A stretch of DNA of 64,000 nt from Eledone cirrhosa. Lineage: Eukaryota. This document shows, piece by piece, positions 1-19,331 of the stretch. The notes below the pieces were generated by a model. It had not been told where the DNA came from. It saw nothing but the letters and a program-made list of their open reading frames with translations, and made no database searches. Location of the stretch: positions 262,322,001-262,386,000 of the forward strand of contig OZ024742.1 in assembly GCA_964016885.1 (NCBI GenBank), in the 5' to 3' direction. The translations under genes and the position numbers were made by a program. The first letter of the stretch is position 1, and the number at the start of each line of letters is the position of its first letter.

Positions 1-752
1 TGATGTCAGTGATGTCATTAATATAGATGATGAAGAGAAGTGGGCCAAACACAGTGCCTTGTGGGACTCCACTACTGACTTTGGCTGGGCTTGATTTGAC
101 TCCCTCAACTACAACATGTTGGGTTCTGTTTGACAGGAAGCTCTTGATCCACTGCAGCAGCTTTCCAGTGACACCAATATTGGACAGCTTTCTCAGTAGA
201 ATGTTATGATCAACCCTGTCAAAGGCCTTGCTGAAATCAAGGTAGATAACATCAGTGTTGGAACCTCTCCCAAGGCTCTCAAAATGTCATCAAAGTGATG
301 CAGTAGTTGCGTCAGGCAATCCCTTCCATTACGGAATCCATGCTGGTTGGAGTTCAGCATATTGTTACTCTCAAGGAAGTGGGTCATTCGCGATCTCACC
401 ACTCGCTCAAATACCTTAATGATATGAGAGGTGAGTGAGATTGGACGGTAATTCACGGCAAGGGATTTGTTTCCCTTTTTGAAAACTGGGACAACAGACT
501 GGGATAGAAGGTTTCTGGCACATATCCAGCATCCAGTGAGTTCCGCCACAGATTGGCAAGAGGAGAAGCAAGTTGGTGTTGACACGCCTTCAAGACACAA
601 GCAGGGAACCTATCGGGACCTACTGCTGAATTATGCTTGATTTCCTTTATTGCCGCCAAGACATCAGGGGCGCCAAACGTTATGTCCGATAAGGTGTAAT
701 GGGGAGTAACATCGCCAATACAGCCCAGATCGGCCATATCAGGATTGCTGAA
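1..752 (-). mobile_element. CR1/L2-group LINE reverse transcriptase fragment, frameshifted, runs off the window start
   Basis: Minus-strand frames give GPDRFPA...[28 protein letters not shown]...QHGFRNGRDCLTQL...DFSKAFDRVDH...GVPQGTVLGPLLFIIYIND, which are non-LTR RT motifs. They are split across ORFs 453..1031 and 193..600. Confidence 0.9.
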
Positions 753-2847
<2,095 letters not shown>

Positions 2848-2849
<2 letters not shown>

Positions 2850-3407
2850 TGGTGGCTGCCAACTCGTTTTCGAGTATGGCCACTACTTTATATCCATGTA
2901 GGAGAACCCCTACCGATGCGCTGAACAAGTGTGACGTTTTAGTCCAGCCAGCGACTTGAAAACTCTGGTACATAGTGCTGGGCCCATGGTATCATGTGAC
3001 GACAAGTGCAGATAGATCTCTAGATATAAAGCAATGCCTGTGCCGTGAAGCTTTTATAGTGAGCAAAGGCACTGCACAAAGCCAGTCCCACTCTCTTAAC
3101 CAAGATGATATTTACCAAAAAGAAGAACAAGTCAACATCATTGGATACCATCAGGGTTGCAGGTGTTATATCAGAGTTTTCCCTCTCCTAGAATTCTGCC
3201 TTGACAAAGGCTAAGGAGTCATCTCTCCCGGTGATTTGGATGACTCTTAAGAGCTCCTTTGCCCTTTGACAGGTTTTGTTTTTAGTCCTGCAGGATGTCC
3301 AAAGTCACCCTCCTTACCAAGAAACCTTGGTGGGGTTGCCAGTTTAGTCGCCAACGACCCGACCATGGGACAGGTTGTACTGGGCTACATGTTACCAGTA
3401 GCACCAA
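2848..3407 (-). mobile_element. Non-coding RTE-derived element (RTE 5'UTR-like part plus RTE 3' tail), copy 1
   Basis: Reverse-complement match to 62388-62993; partial copy at 19731-20031. Ends (minus) GGCCATACTCGAAAACGAGTTGGCAGCCACCATG followed by microsatellite. Confidence 0.75.
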
Positions 3408-3408
3408 C

Positions 3409-3483
<75 letters not shown>

Positions 3484-3541
3484 CATATTTTAATATAGAT
3501 GAGATTCTACAGGACTAGAACTGTTTCATTCTTTAGAAATC

Positions 3542-3572
<31 letters not shown>

Positions 3573-3597
3573 CATATATATACTTATGCATATATAC

Positions 3598-3683
<86 letters not shown>

Positions 3684-3689
3684 ATATAC

Positions 3690-3750
<61 letters not shown>

Positions 3751-3807
3751 CATATATATATATATACATATATATATACACATATATATATATACATATA
3801 TATATAC

Positions 3808-4825
3808 ATAAAACATGAAAACCAGCGTTATGTAACAACACTCGCAGACAAGGCTTGGCAGCTGCTCGAAAATAACCAACAATTTAACCTAAAATGGGAT
3901 ATAATAGCGTCTTCCCCTCCATTAAGCCACGGACAGGAATTTTGTAAATTGTGTAATATGGAATTATTTTGTATTATGAAATCCAAAAATATTTTATTAA
4001 ATAACAGAATAGAGCGATCGTTATACAGTAACCATCGCTTGAAATCTACATTTTCATATTACAAACACTACCAGGATTGAACGCCTGTCTCCATCTGATT
4101 GTCAAAATACATATTAACATTCTCTATTAGTCTTAATTCTATCAACTCTTCTATTCTTTACCATTTAATATAAACTGCTATAGATAAAATGAGATTTCTT
4201 AATGCAATTCCCTAATGCATATACCAGCAGGCTATCAACATTGTTGTTATTCAGTAGCAGTGAAAATCTCCCTCTTCCTAATTGACACTTTATATCTATT
4301 AATACTACTACACCAAACGACCAGCCCTGTCCATTGTTCAATTGGTCAAGTATAGATTAAAATAGGCACTCCCAAAAATTCTTATTTAGATAAAATAAAC
4401 CATATACTCATTGTATTCTCATTAGAAACCCTTTATATACTTGTTTACCAGTAAATTGAATTGTCATCTGTCATATACTATCTCCTCTCTTCCTTTCTTA
4501 CAACTAATATAAATACTTCAATTTTTCTGATTTTTTTCCAATTTATCCAATATCTCTGAAGAAGTGACAACTGATTATACATTTGCTATCGAATACTTGC
4601 TAACATTATATGATTACGCAAGCAGCGATACATAGGTATTCCGTCTGTTACAGAAACATGTCAATACCTAATAAATTCCTTTTTAAAAAAGCACTTTCAT
4701 TTTATATTCATCTTTTCTACATTTTCTCCGGAATATAATTTATACTCGTTGAGCAAACCTACACGTACGCTGTTCATCTCTAACGTGACGATATATTATC
4801 ACTACATTATTGATAACCTGAAATT
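3808..4825 (+). mobile_element. Penelope-like element 3' remnant (GIY-YIG C-terminus plus 3' region)
   Basis: [27 protein letters not shown]...CKLCNME...LLNNRIE parallels TSLSAYIWSLKDNHTQYKLHWEILARA...CDLC of the PLE at 26.5 kb. Stop at 4080; degenerate hammerhead downstream. Confidence 0.75.
4551..4666 (+). ncRNA. Degenerate PLE-type hammerhead ribozyme
   Basis: CTGAAGA-A-gtgaca...tgttac-A-GAAA-catg-TC: intact core, 6-bp stem II with a long loop, palindromic stem III. Stem I pairs poorly. Confidence 0.45.
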
Positions 4826-4833
4826 TTATATAT

Positions 4834-5311
<478 letters not shown>

Positions 5312-5333
5312 ATATATATACATATACATATAC

Positions 5334-5846
<513 letters not shown>

Positions 5847-5870
5847 CATATATACATATATATATATATG

Positions 5871-6086
<216 letters not shown>

Positions 6087-6095
6087 CATATATAC

Positions 6096-6452
<357 letters not shown>

Positions 6453-6474
6453 CATATATATATATACACATATA

Positions 6475-6738
<264 letters not shown>

Positions 6739-6843
6739 CATATATATATACATATATATATATACATATATATATACATATATATATATACATATATATA
6801 TACATATATATATATATACATATATATATACATATATATATAC

Positions 6844-6874
<31 letters not shown>

Positions 6875-6969
6875 CATATATATATACATATATATATACA
6901 TATATATATATATACATATATATATATACATATATATATATACATATATATATATACATATATATATAC

Positions 6970-7000
<31 letters not shown>

Positions 7001-7013
7001 CATATATATATAC

Positions 7014-7352
<339 letters not shown>

Positions 7353-7372
7353 CATACATAGGAACCAGTAAG

Positions 7373-7466
7373 ACCCCGACGGCTGAGCTCAAGCCGTTTC
7401 GACGTCTAATTCTGGACTAAATGAAAATTTATCCTGGTATTTAAATAGCCGATCTTCTCAAGGGGT
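7373..7466 (-). ncRNA. Type-I hammerhead ribozyme, U3-A8 covariant core (copy 1)
   Basis: Minus: acccc TTGAGAA gatcggcta...tagacgtc GAAA cggcttgagctcagccg TC ggggt. One stem II mismatch relative to copy 2. Confidence 0.75.
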
Positions 7467-7868
7467 AATTCCATATATGGTCAAAGTGATTGTCAAAAGT
7501 CAGTAGTAATTCTGTGATTGCAAATTAGTAGGGGAGATGGTGGCTAAACCTGCCAGTAGGAGAAAGAGGGGAGGAGGTGGAGTAGACCCAATCAAGCGTT
7601 GGTAGTGCCAGCTACAGCTGGGCATGAGGTCAAAGAAGATACTGGGGAGGGGGAGGGGGAGGAAGTCGGAACGGTAGGTAAAACAATGAGGGGTAAAAAT
7701 ATATATATGAAAGAAAAAATACTGAGAGTGAAGAAAAGCGAATAAATGTAAAGAAAAAAGTAAAGCAAGTTCTACGACCTAAGTCTCTAGCTATTGTTAG
7801 GCTAGATAAATAAAATATATATATATACATATATATATATATTTTATTTATCTAGCCTAATATATACA

Positions 7869-7900
<32 letters not shown>

Positions 7901-7920
7901 CATATATATATATACATACA

Positions 7921-8000
<80 letters not shown>

Positions 8001-8011
8001 CATATATATAC

Positions 8012-8342
<331 letters not shown>

Positions 8343-8376
8343 TACATATATACATATATACATATATATATATATG

Positions 8377-8606
<230 letters not shown>

Positions 8607-8630
8607 CATATATACATATATATATATATG

Positions 8631-8977
<347 letters not shown>

Positions 8978-9323
8978 CATCATCATCATCATCATCATCA
9001 TTTTACGTCCACTTTTCCCTGCTTGCAAGGGTGGGACGGGAACTGATTCTGGCTTGATTTCTACAGCTGGATGCCCTTCCTAACACCAACCTCATTTACA
9101 GTGAGTGATGGTTGCTTTTTTGCCGTGGCACCTCCATGACCACTTTGCAGTGGAATGATAGGGACCCCAGTCTCTATCATCTCATTTCTACAGCTGAGTA
9201 AACTGGAGCAATGTGAAATAAAGTGTCTTGCTCAAGGAAACAACACATCACCCGGTCTGAGAATTGAACTCACAACCTTTCGATTGCAAGGCCAATGCTC
9301 TAACCACTAAGCCATGTGCCTCC
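8978..9323 (-). mobile_element. CORE-type SINE (same family as 4834-5181)
   Basis: Near-identical to 4834-5181; part of a tandem duplication. Confidence 0.85.
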
Positions 9324-9362
<39 letters not shown>

Positions 9363-9382
9363 CATATATATATATACACATA

Positions 9383-9570
<188 letters not shown>

Positions 9571-9609
9571 CATATATATATACATATATATATATACATA
9601 TATATATAC

Positions 9610-9682
<73 letters not shown>

Positions 9683-9911
9683 CATATATATATACATATA
9701 TATATATACATATATATATACATATATATATATACATATATATATACATATATATATATATACATATATATATACATATATATATACATATATATATATA
9801 TACATATATATATATACATATATATATACATATATATATACATATATATATATATACATATATATATATACATATATATATATACATATATATATATACA
9901 TATATATATAC

Positions 9912-10182
<271 letters not shown>

Positions 10183-10202
10183 CATACATAGGAACCAGTA
10201 AG

Positions 10203-10296
10203 ACCCCGACGGCTGAGCTCAAGCCGTTTCGACGGCTAATTCTGGACTAAATGAAAATTTATCCTGGTATTTAAATAGCCGATCTTCTCAAGGGGT
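10203..10296 (-). ncRNA. Type-I hammerhead ribozyme, U3-A8 covariant core (copy 2)
   Basis: Minus: acccc TTGAGAA G-A-t-cggcta...tagccg-T-C GAAA cggct-tgagctc-agccg TC ggggt. All three stems pair; GUC cleavage triplet. Confidence 0.8.
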
Positions 10297-10692
10297 AATT
10301 CCATATATGGTCAAAGTGATTGTCAAAAGTCAGTAGTAATTCTGTGATTGCAAATTAGTAGGGGAGATGGTGGCTAAACCTGCCAGTAGGAGAAAGAGGG
10401 GAGGAGGTGGAGTAGACCCAATCAAGCGTTGGTAGTGCCAGCTACAGCTGGGCATGAGGTCAAAGAAGATACTGGGGAGGGGGAGGAAGTCGGAACGGTA
10501 GGTAAAACAATGAGGGGTAAAAATATATATATGAAAGAAAAAATACTGACAGTGAAGAAAAGCGAATAAGTGTAAAGAAAAAAGTAAAGCAAGTTCTACG
10601 ACCTAAGTCTCTAGCTATTGTTAGGCTAGATAAATAAAATATATATATATACATATATATATATTTTATTTATCTAGCCCAATATATACATA

Positions 10693-10724
<32 letters not shown>

Positions 10725-10725
10725 C

Positions 10726-10772
<47 letters not shown>

Positions 10773-10790
10773 TATATACACATATATATA

Positions 10791-11552
10791 TCACCTGATG
10801 AAGACAATCAAAGAGTGTTAATTACAGGCAGTCTGGGACAGTTGGGTTCTGGTCTAGCTAACGTAATGAGGAAAAAATATGGAAATAACAACGTTATAAT
10901 GTCTGACATTGTGAAGCCAGACAAGTCTGTTTATGCTGATGGACCTTTCATTTATGCTGATATTCTGGATTATAAAAATTTGCAAGAAATTGTTGTCACT
11001 CACCAAATTGACTGTGTTGTCCACTTTAGCGCCTTACTCAGTGCCATAGGAGAAAGTAATTTCCCACTGGCTATGAGAGTAAATATTGAAGGGGTTCACA
11101 ATATACTTGAACTATGTAGACAATATAATTTGAAAGTCTTTCTTCCCAGTACAATTGATTATGCAGTTCATATATTCCATGATGCCATTTCTACCAAGAA
11201 ATGTGAATGTTTCCTGAAACCTGATACAAGACTTCCAATGATGTATATAGATAACTGTCTGAATTCCGTTGTGAAATTTATGTCCACTCCAGCAGAGAAA
11301 CTAACTCTCAGAACTTATAATCTAAATGCCATGAGTTTTACACCTGCTGAACTTGTGGCAGAAGTGAAGAAATTTGTGCCAGATCTAGAGGTGACATATA
11401 AACCAGATGAAAGACAGGCCATAGCGGATTCCTGGCCAGAGCATTTTGATGATTCCCGAGCACGCAATGACTGGCAATGGTCTCATAAATATGACTTGGA
11501 AGAATTATGCCGAATTATGTTTGAACGCTTGCAATTGAAGCAAAACATTTAA
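10791..11552 (+). pseudogene. TDH: Processed L-threonine 3-dehydrogenase (SDR family) retrocopy, 5'-truncated, with an in-frame internal deletion
   Basis: [41 protein letters not shown]|[26 protein letters not shown] are animal TDH motifs. Intronless, no start ATG, begins directly after (TA)n; the YxxxK segment is absent. Confidence 0.9.
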
Positions 11553-11890
11553 CAGGGATGGATTTAGGTTTTTAAATCTATCTTTTAACATAATATCTAT
11601 ACATACACACGCACACAGATACATACTTACATACATATACATATATACATATATATATATCAATGATAATAATATGTATGTGTATGTGTGTATATATATA
11701 TATGTGTGTGTATGTATATATATGTGTGAATGTGTATATATATATATGTGTGTGTGTATATATATATATGTGTGTGTGTATATATTTATATATATGTGTC
11801 TGTGTATATTTATATATATATATATGTATATATATATATGTGTGTGTGTGTGTGTATATATTTACATATGTGTATATATATATATATATA

Positions 11891-14800
11891 TCATCATCAT
11901 CATCATCATCAACGTTTAACGTCCGTGTTCCACGCTTGCATGGGTTTGGACGGGGGTATTCCCACTTGAGGCAAGAGTGATTGTCTTGCTCGCATAGGAC
12001 TGTCTGGCAGGTTTTCTACAGTTGGATGCCCTTCCTAACACCAACCACATTTACAGTGTGGGACTGGGAGGTTTTTACCGTATTGCCTACACGGCCACAT
12101 TACAGCGTGGACTGTGTGTTTTTTTGTCGTGACACCTACACGATCTCATTTGTTTCGGCCTGGATGGTGTGGCACCAACATAACTTTACATAGGAGGGGG
12201 TGGTGTGGATGGGGGGTGTGGGTGGTGGGACGGGGGTGTATTTTGTTAGAGATGCCTACTGGCTGTAGTAGGTTTTACTATGTATTTAGGTAAGGCGGGT
12301 CTTCTCTATTACTGAGTACCGCCAAAGGTCTCGGTCCAGTGACATTGTCTTGGAGAGGTGTAAGTGTGTGAGGTCGGAGTTTATCAGCTCGTCCCAGGAT
12401 TTTCTAGGTCTGCCTATTCCGTGGCTACTGTCTATCTTTATTGCCCTGCACTTTGTTATACAGCTATCGACTTTCATGCGCATCACGTGTCCGTACCAAC
12501 GTAGCCTTCTCTCGAGTAAACAACATCTGATCCCTCTTATTTCTAATTTTTTCCTTAGTTCGTTTATGCTTTTCCGTTCACGTATATTACTATTACACAT
12601 CCAGCGGAGCATGCAAGCTTCGTTCCTCTCTAGTCTGCGTATATCCTCTGCGCACAATGCCCAGGTCTCACTGCCATGCACCATTGCTGTTCGTATGCAG
12701 GCATCATACAACCTGCCTTTCATTTTTAGGGAGAACCCTTTAGCGGCTAATAGTGGTATAAGCTCTCTGAACTTTTTCCATCCAGTTCTGACTCTAGCTA
12801 CTGTACTTTCAGAGCACCCTCCCCCACTGCTGATTTTGTCACCCAGGTAACGGAAGCTGTCCACTATTTCTATAGAGCCCTCTGCGCAATTGAAAGAGTT
12901 AGTATTTTGTGGGCACTCGCTGCAACTTATTGCACCAGAGCACTGGCCACATGTAAAATCTATGTTCTTAGTTAGCTTACCTGTGATCCCACTACATCTT
13001 TTATGCACCCATACTTTGCATTTGGGACATAAAATGGAGTTTCTACCTACGCCTTTCCTACACACTGAGCATGGCCATTTCCCGGAAGGGACCACCGCCT
13101 TATTTTCCTTCCTACAAACTAGAACTTTAGTCTTAGCCAGGTTAATTTTAAGGCCTTTTGATTCTAGGCCGTGCTTCCATGTTTGGAATTTCTTCTCTAG
13201 CTCGGCCATTGATTCAGCTATGAGTGTCAGGTCGTCTGCGTATAGGAGTTCCCATGGGCAGCCGGTCTTGAACTCCTCTGTTATAGCCTGAAGGGCAATA
13301 ATAAATAGTAGAGGGCTGAGAACAGAGCCCTGATGGACGCCAACTTTTACGCTAAACTCTTCACTATATTCGTTGTTAATTCTAACCTTGCTGACTGTTT
13401 CTTTATACATGGCTTGTATAGTTCTCACAAGCCATTCGTCGACACCTAGTTTTCTAAGGGCCCACCAGATAATGGAACGGGGGACTCTGTCGAAGGCTTT
13501 CTCCAAGTCGACAAAAGCTAAGTAGAGGGGTTTACCTTTAGCTAGGTACTTCTCATGTAGTTGACGTACAATGAAAAGAGCGTCTGTGGTACTTTTGCCT
13601 GACACAAACCCGAACTGCATTTCATCTAGGTCAATTCTCTCTCTGATTAGTTGCGCTATTACTTTTTCTGTGACCTTCATGACCTGGTCGATTAGTTTAA
13701 TGCCTCTATAGTTACTCCTATCTAGGGCATCTCCTATACCCTTCAATCAGTTAACGATGATGCTGCTATGCCAGTCCTTCGGAACAACCCCATTCTGTAC
13801 GACTTGGTTAACTATCCGGGTGACCAAGGTGTGTCCCACCGAACCAGATGCCTTCAGCATCTCAGCAACTATTTCCGAAGGCCCAGCCGCCTTACCCGTC
13901 TTCATATCCTTGATTGCCTTACTTATTATACTACCCTCGACTAACACTGCTGGTCCCTCTATTGGGTCGATGTGGGGGAGACTGTCTTTCTCCCATTTAT
14001 TCTCCTCATTTAGTAGCCTTTCATAGTGACACTTCCAAGCTACCTTCTTATCAGCGTCAGTGATGGCAAGTACACCATCATCATTAAGTACACACTTCTC
14101 CCCGACAATATCACGGTTTTCCTTGACACATTGCCTAGCAATCCTGAACACCTCACGTTTTTGGTCCTCGCGTTGTAGAACATGCTTGAACTTTCTTTCC
14201 TCTGCTTCCCTTCTTGCGAAGTACACTTGTCTCCTAGCCTCCCTCCTGGCCACTTGATAGTCTTCTCTACTTCCCCCATCCCGCCATACTTTCCAAGCCT
14301 GCTTTTTGGCCTTAATTGACCCCTCCACCCTACTGTTCCACCACCATGTTACTCTCCTCCTGCCTACAGGCCTGCTCCAGCCACAGACTTCGTCTGTCGC
14401 CATCAGCAGGTTTGCTTTCAGAAATTCCCACTGTCCCTCTATATTGTCCGACTCTAAATGCTCTTCCTTACTGTCGAAAGCATCAAGTAATATGCTTTTA
14501 AATTTATTTCTGGCTGTGGGGTCCTTTAGCTTCCATATTTTTCTCCTGAGGATAGTCCTCTTCTGCTGTCGAGTACGTCTCGTCCTGACTATGAGGTCGC
14601 TAATTATCAGTCTATGATGGGAGGTGCATTCTCCATGGGGGAGGGATTTAGTGTTTACAACAGACACTCTGTCACGTCTTCTGGTAAGGATATAATCTAC
14701 CTGGCTTGTGTGTTCCCCGGATCTATAGGTGATCAGGTGATTGTCACGTTTTTTGAAGTTAGTGTTACAGATAGTTAGGTTATTTGCGTCACAGAATTCC

Positions 14801-15410
14801 AGGATTCTGGAGCCTTCCTCATTTCTAGTACCAAACCCATAGCCTCCATGGATTTCGTCGTAGCCGTCACAATGTTGTCCAACGTGACCATTTAGGTCGC
14901 CTGCAATAATTATATAGTCACTGTCGGATATTTGGGAGGTAGTTAGCATCAGTGTCTCATAGAATCTGTCTTTTATAGTGCCGGGCAGTCCGGATTGGGG
15001 TGCGTACGCAGATATTAGTGTCACCGTAGTTCTATTGAGGACAAGTCTTATTTTAATTATTCTGTCGTTCACTCTATTTACGTCTATTATCTTATCTGCC
15101 CACTTTTCTGCTACCATGATTCCTACTCCACCCAGCCCATCGTCGTTTCCCGCCCAGAAAAGCTTATAACATCGTTGTTTACCCTCAATGAATCTAGCAG
15201 ACCCACCCCTCCATCTGGTCTCTTGAATACAACAAACATCGACCTCCTTACGTTCAAGCATTTTTACAACCTCGTTAGCGCGACCCTTTAAGGTGCCTAC
15301 ATTTATGGTACCAAATCTGAAGTTTTGGATTGCTTTTGGGGGTTGCGGGCGGTGGGGGGCGAGGGGCGATGGGGTTATGTTAGCCGTGCGCGGTCGAAAC
15401 AATGAGGAGT
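11891..15410 (-). mobile_element. RTE-clade LINE, near full length (APE + RT + PHD-like finger), disrupted once near 13746
   Basis: ORF 13747..15402 has APE motifs (GTINVGTL, QETRW, SAYAPQ, GDLNGH, DYIL). ORF 12286..13746 has QFGF, DLEKAFD, HQGSVLSP, YADD, GRPRKSW. 3'UTR ends in (GAT)n. Confidence 0.95.
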
Positions 15411-15993
15411 ATGTATGTATATATATTTATATATATATATTTATATATATGAGTGTGTTCGGGACCCTGACGGCAGAGCTCAATCCGTTTCGACGGCTAT
15501 TTCAGTCCAGAAACATTTTCCTGTTGCCCACTCTGCTGCCCGGGGTGTTGAGTGCTCTGGTGCGTTGTGGTCCACCTGGTTCCCTACCACACTTCCTTGA
15601 TTGTGTATATATGTATATATGTATATATATATAGGTATATATGTATGTGTGTATATATGTATGTGTGTATATATGTATATATATATACATATATATAAAT
15701 GAAAAGTATAGAAAGTATTGGAGCAAGAAGCCAACTGTATTCCATAATATATAAGTGACTGTATATATGTATGTATATGTGTATATATATATGTGTATAT
15801 ATGTATGTATATGTGTATGTATGTATATGTGTATATATATATATTTGTATATATATATATGTGTATGTAAGTATATGTGTACATATGTATGTATATGTAT
15901 GTGTGTATATATATATATGTATATATATATGTATGTGTGTATATATATATGTATGTATATATATGTGTATGTATATATATATATGTATGTATA

Positions 15994-16038
<45 letters not shown>

Positions 16039-16381
16039 ATATATATATATATATGTATGTATATATATGTGTATATATATATGTGTGTATGTACATGTGT
16101 GTGTGTATATATATATATGTGTGTGTATATATATATATGTATGTATTTATGTGTATATATATATATATATATTTATATATGTATGTATATGTATGTGTAT
16201 ATGTATATGTATGTATTTGTGTGTGTATATATGTGTATGTATGTATGTGTATATATGTGTGTATGTATATATATGTGTATATATATATATATGTATGTAT
16301 ATGTGTGTGTATATATATATATATATATATGTATGTATATGTGTATGTATATATATATATGTGTATGTATATATATATGTG

Positions 16382-16440
<59 letters not shown>

Positions 16441-16477
16441 ATATATATATGTGTATGTATATATATACATACATATA

Positions 16478-16805
16478 TGGAGGCACATGGCTTAGTGGTT
16501 AGACCATTGGCCTTGCAATCAAAAGGTTGCGAGTTCAATTCTCAGACCGGGTGATGTGTTGTTTCCTTGAGCAAGACACTTTATTTCACATTGCTCCAGT
16601 TTACTCAGCTGTAGAAATGAGATGATAGGGACTGGGGTCCCTATCATTCCACTGCAAAGTGGTCGTGGAGGTGTCACGGCAAAAAAGCACCCAGCACTCA
16701 CTGTAAATGAGGTTGGTGTTAGGAAGGGCATCCAGCCAGAATCAGTTCCCGTCCCAACCTTGTAAGCAGGGAAAAAGCGGACGTAAAATGAAATGAAATG
16801 ATATG
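16478..16805 (+). mobile_element. CORE-type SINE with RTE-like tail
   Basis: GGAGGCACATGGCTTAGTGG...GAGTTCAATTC...CCTTGAGCAAGACACTT...AGGAAGGGCATCC; same family as 4834-5181. Confidence 0.85.
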
Positions 16806-16807
16806 AA

Positions 16808-17733
16808 GTAATTCCGTTGGAAAAGTCCAGGAAAAAAGAGTGCTCTATGTAGGTAACAGAGCTTAATAGTTATGTAATAAACAACATAAGGCAATTATTC
16901 CATTTACCAGTGGTTTCTTAAAAGCAAAAAATTTTGCTTTCAATCATCAGAATGAAAAAATCCTGGTCTGTTTATTGAATTTGGATTTAAAAAATAAAAA
17001 TGCAATCTATATGAAAGTGAGGCTGGAGAAAGAAGAAGGAAAGGAAAAATAAAATAAAAACACACACAAATGCATACATACACACACACATATATATATA
17101 TACATACACTCATTCATACACACACACATATACACATATGTGTATATAAATACACACATACACATCCATACATACGCACATATACAACCACACACATATA
17201 TATATAAAAATATAAATATATATATATATATGCATACACATACATAGCCATACACACATACATATACATACATACATACATGCACACAATCATACCTATA
17301 TACACACGTACATACATACACATACATAAATGCATACATATGCATGTACAAAGTTAGAAAAATATACACACACCTCTACATATTCACACACGCAAATAAA
17401 TATAAGAAAAAATATATATAAAAAATAAAATAATAAAGACTATTATACAGTTGACAGCGATACAAGCGACGAATAAATGAACAAACACGCGTGGTAAGCA
17501 ATACACACAAATGCACGTACACATATGTACGAAAAAGTAAATACATACACACACTCATACATAAATATTCATATACAAATACATAAACAAATACATACAC
17601 AAACACACACACACACACATATACACACATATATATATACATACACACACACATACATACATAGCTATACAATTATACACATACAAATACGTACTTATCA
17701 CAAACACGCACAACCAAATACAAACACACAGAC

Positions 17734-17769
<36 letters not shown>

Positions 17770-18492
17770 AAAACTCAATGTTAGATAATTCATATGAACC
17801 TTATATAACTCCAAAATAGACATATACATATATATAGTAATGTAATAAACAACATAAGGCAATTATTCCATTCACCAGTGGTTTCTTAAAAGCAAACAAA
17901 TTTTGCCTTCAATCATCATTCTGATGATTGAAGGCAAAATATGTAGAGGTGTGTGTATATTTTTCTAATTTTGTACATGCATATGTATGCATTTATGTAT
18001 GTGTATCTATGTACGTGTGTATATAGGTATGATTGTGTGCATGTATGTATGTATGTATATGTATGTGTGTATGGCTATGTCTGTGTATGTGTATGCATAT
18101 ATATATTTATATTTCTATATATATATGTGTGTGTGGTTGTATATATGTATGTGTATGTATGGATGTGTTGATATTTATGTGCGTATGTATGTGTATGTAT
18201 GGATGTGTTGATATTTATGTGCGTATGTATGTGTATGTGTGTATTTATATACACATGTGTATATGTGTGTGTGTATGTATGAGTGTATGTATATATATAT
18301 GTGTGTGTATGTATGCATTTGTGTGTGTGTGTGTTTACATGTGAGTTTTTATTTTATTTTTCCTTTCCTTTCTCCAGCCTCACTTTCATATAGATTGCAT
18401 TTTTGTTTTTAAAATCCAAATTCAATAAACAGACCAGGATTTTTTCATTCTGATGATTGAAAGCAAACTTTTTTGCTTTTAAGAAACCACTT
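16808..18492 (-). mobile_element. Non-coding fold-back element with PLE-like architecture
   Basis: Inverted repeat about 16908-17378 vs 17942-18492; direct repeat about 16873-16949 vs 17840-17918; perfect 18-bp hairpin at 17901-17939. Confidence 0.6.
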
Positions 18493-18508
18493 GTAAATAT
18501 ATATATAT

Positions 18509-18617
<109 letters not shown>

Positions 18618-18626
18618 TATATACAC

Positions 18627-18671
<45 letters not shown>

Positions 18672-18680
18672 TATATACAC

Positions 18681-18851
<171 letters not shown>

Positions 18852-18938
18852 CACACACATATATATATATATATACACATATATATAAATATATATATAT
18901 ACATATATATATACATATATACATATATATATATATAT

Positions 18939-18981
<43 letters not shown>

Positions 18982-19232
18982 TATATATATATACATATAT
19001 ATATACACATATATACATATATATATACACATATATACATATATATATACACATATATATATATATATATATACACATATATATATATAGATACATATAT
19101 ATATATATAGATACATATATATATATATATATACACATATATATATATACACATATATATATATATACACATATATATATATACACACATATATATATAT
19201 ATACACATATATATAAATATATATATATATAG

Positions 19233-19291
<59 letters not shown>

Positions 19292-19331
19292 TAAATAAAA
19301 GTCAAATGATTAAAATTTAGCTTCGTTTATT

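Noticed and set aside
10795-10810. CCTGATGAAG hammerhead-like word
   Set aside because: It is TDH coding sequence (PDED); no GAAA or stems follow.
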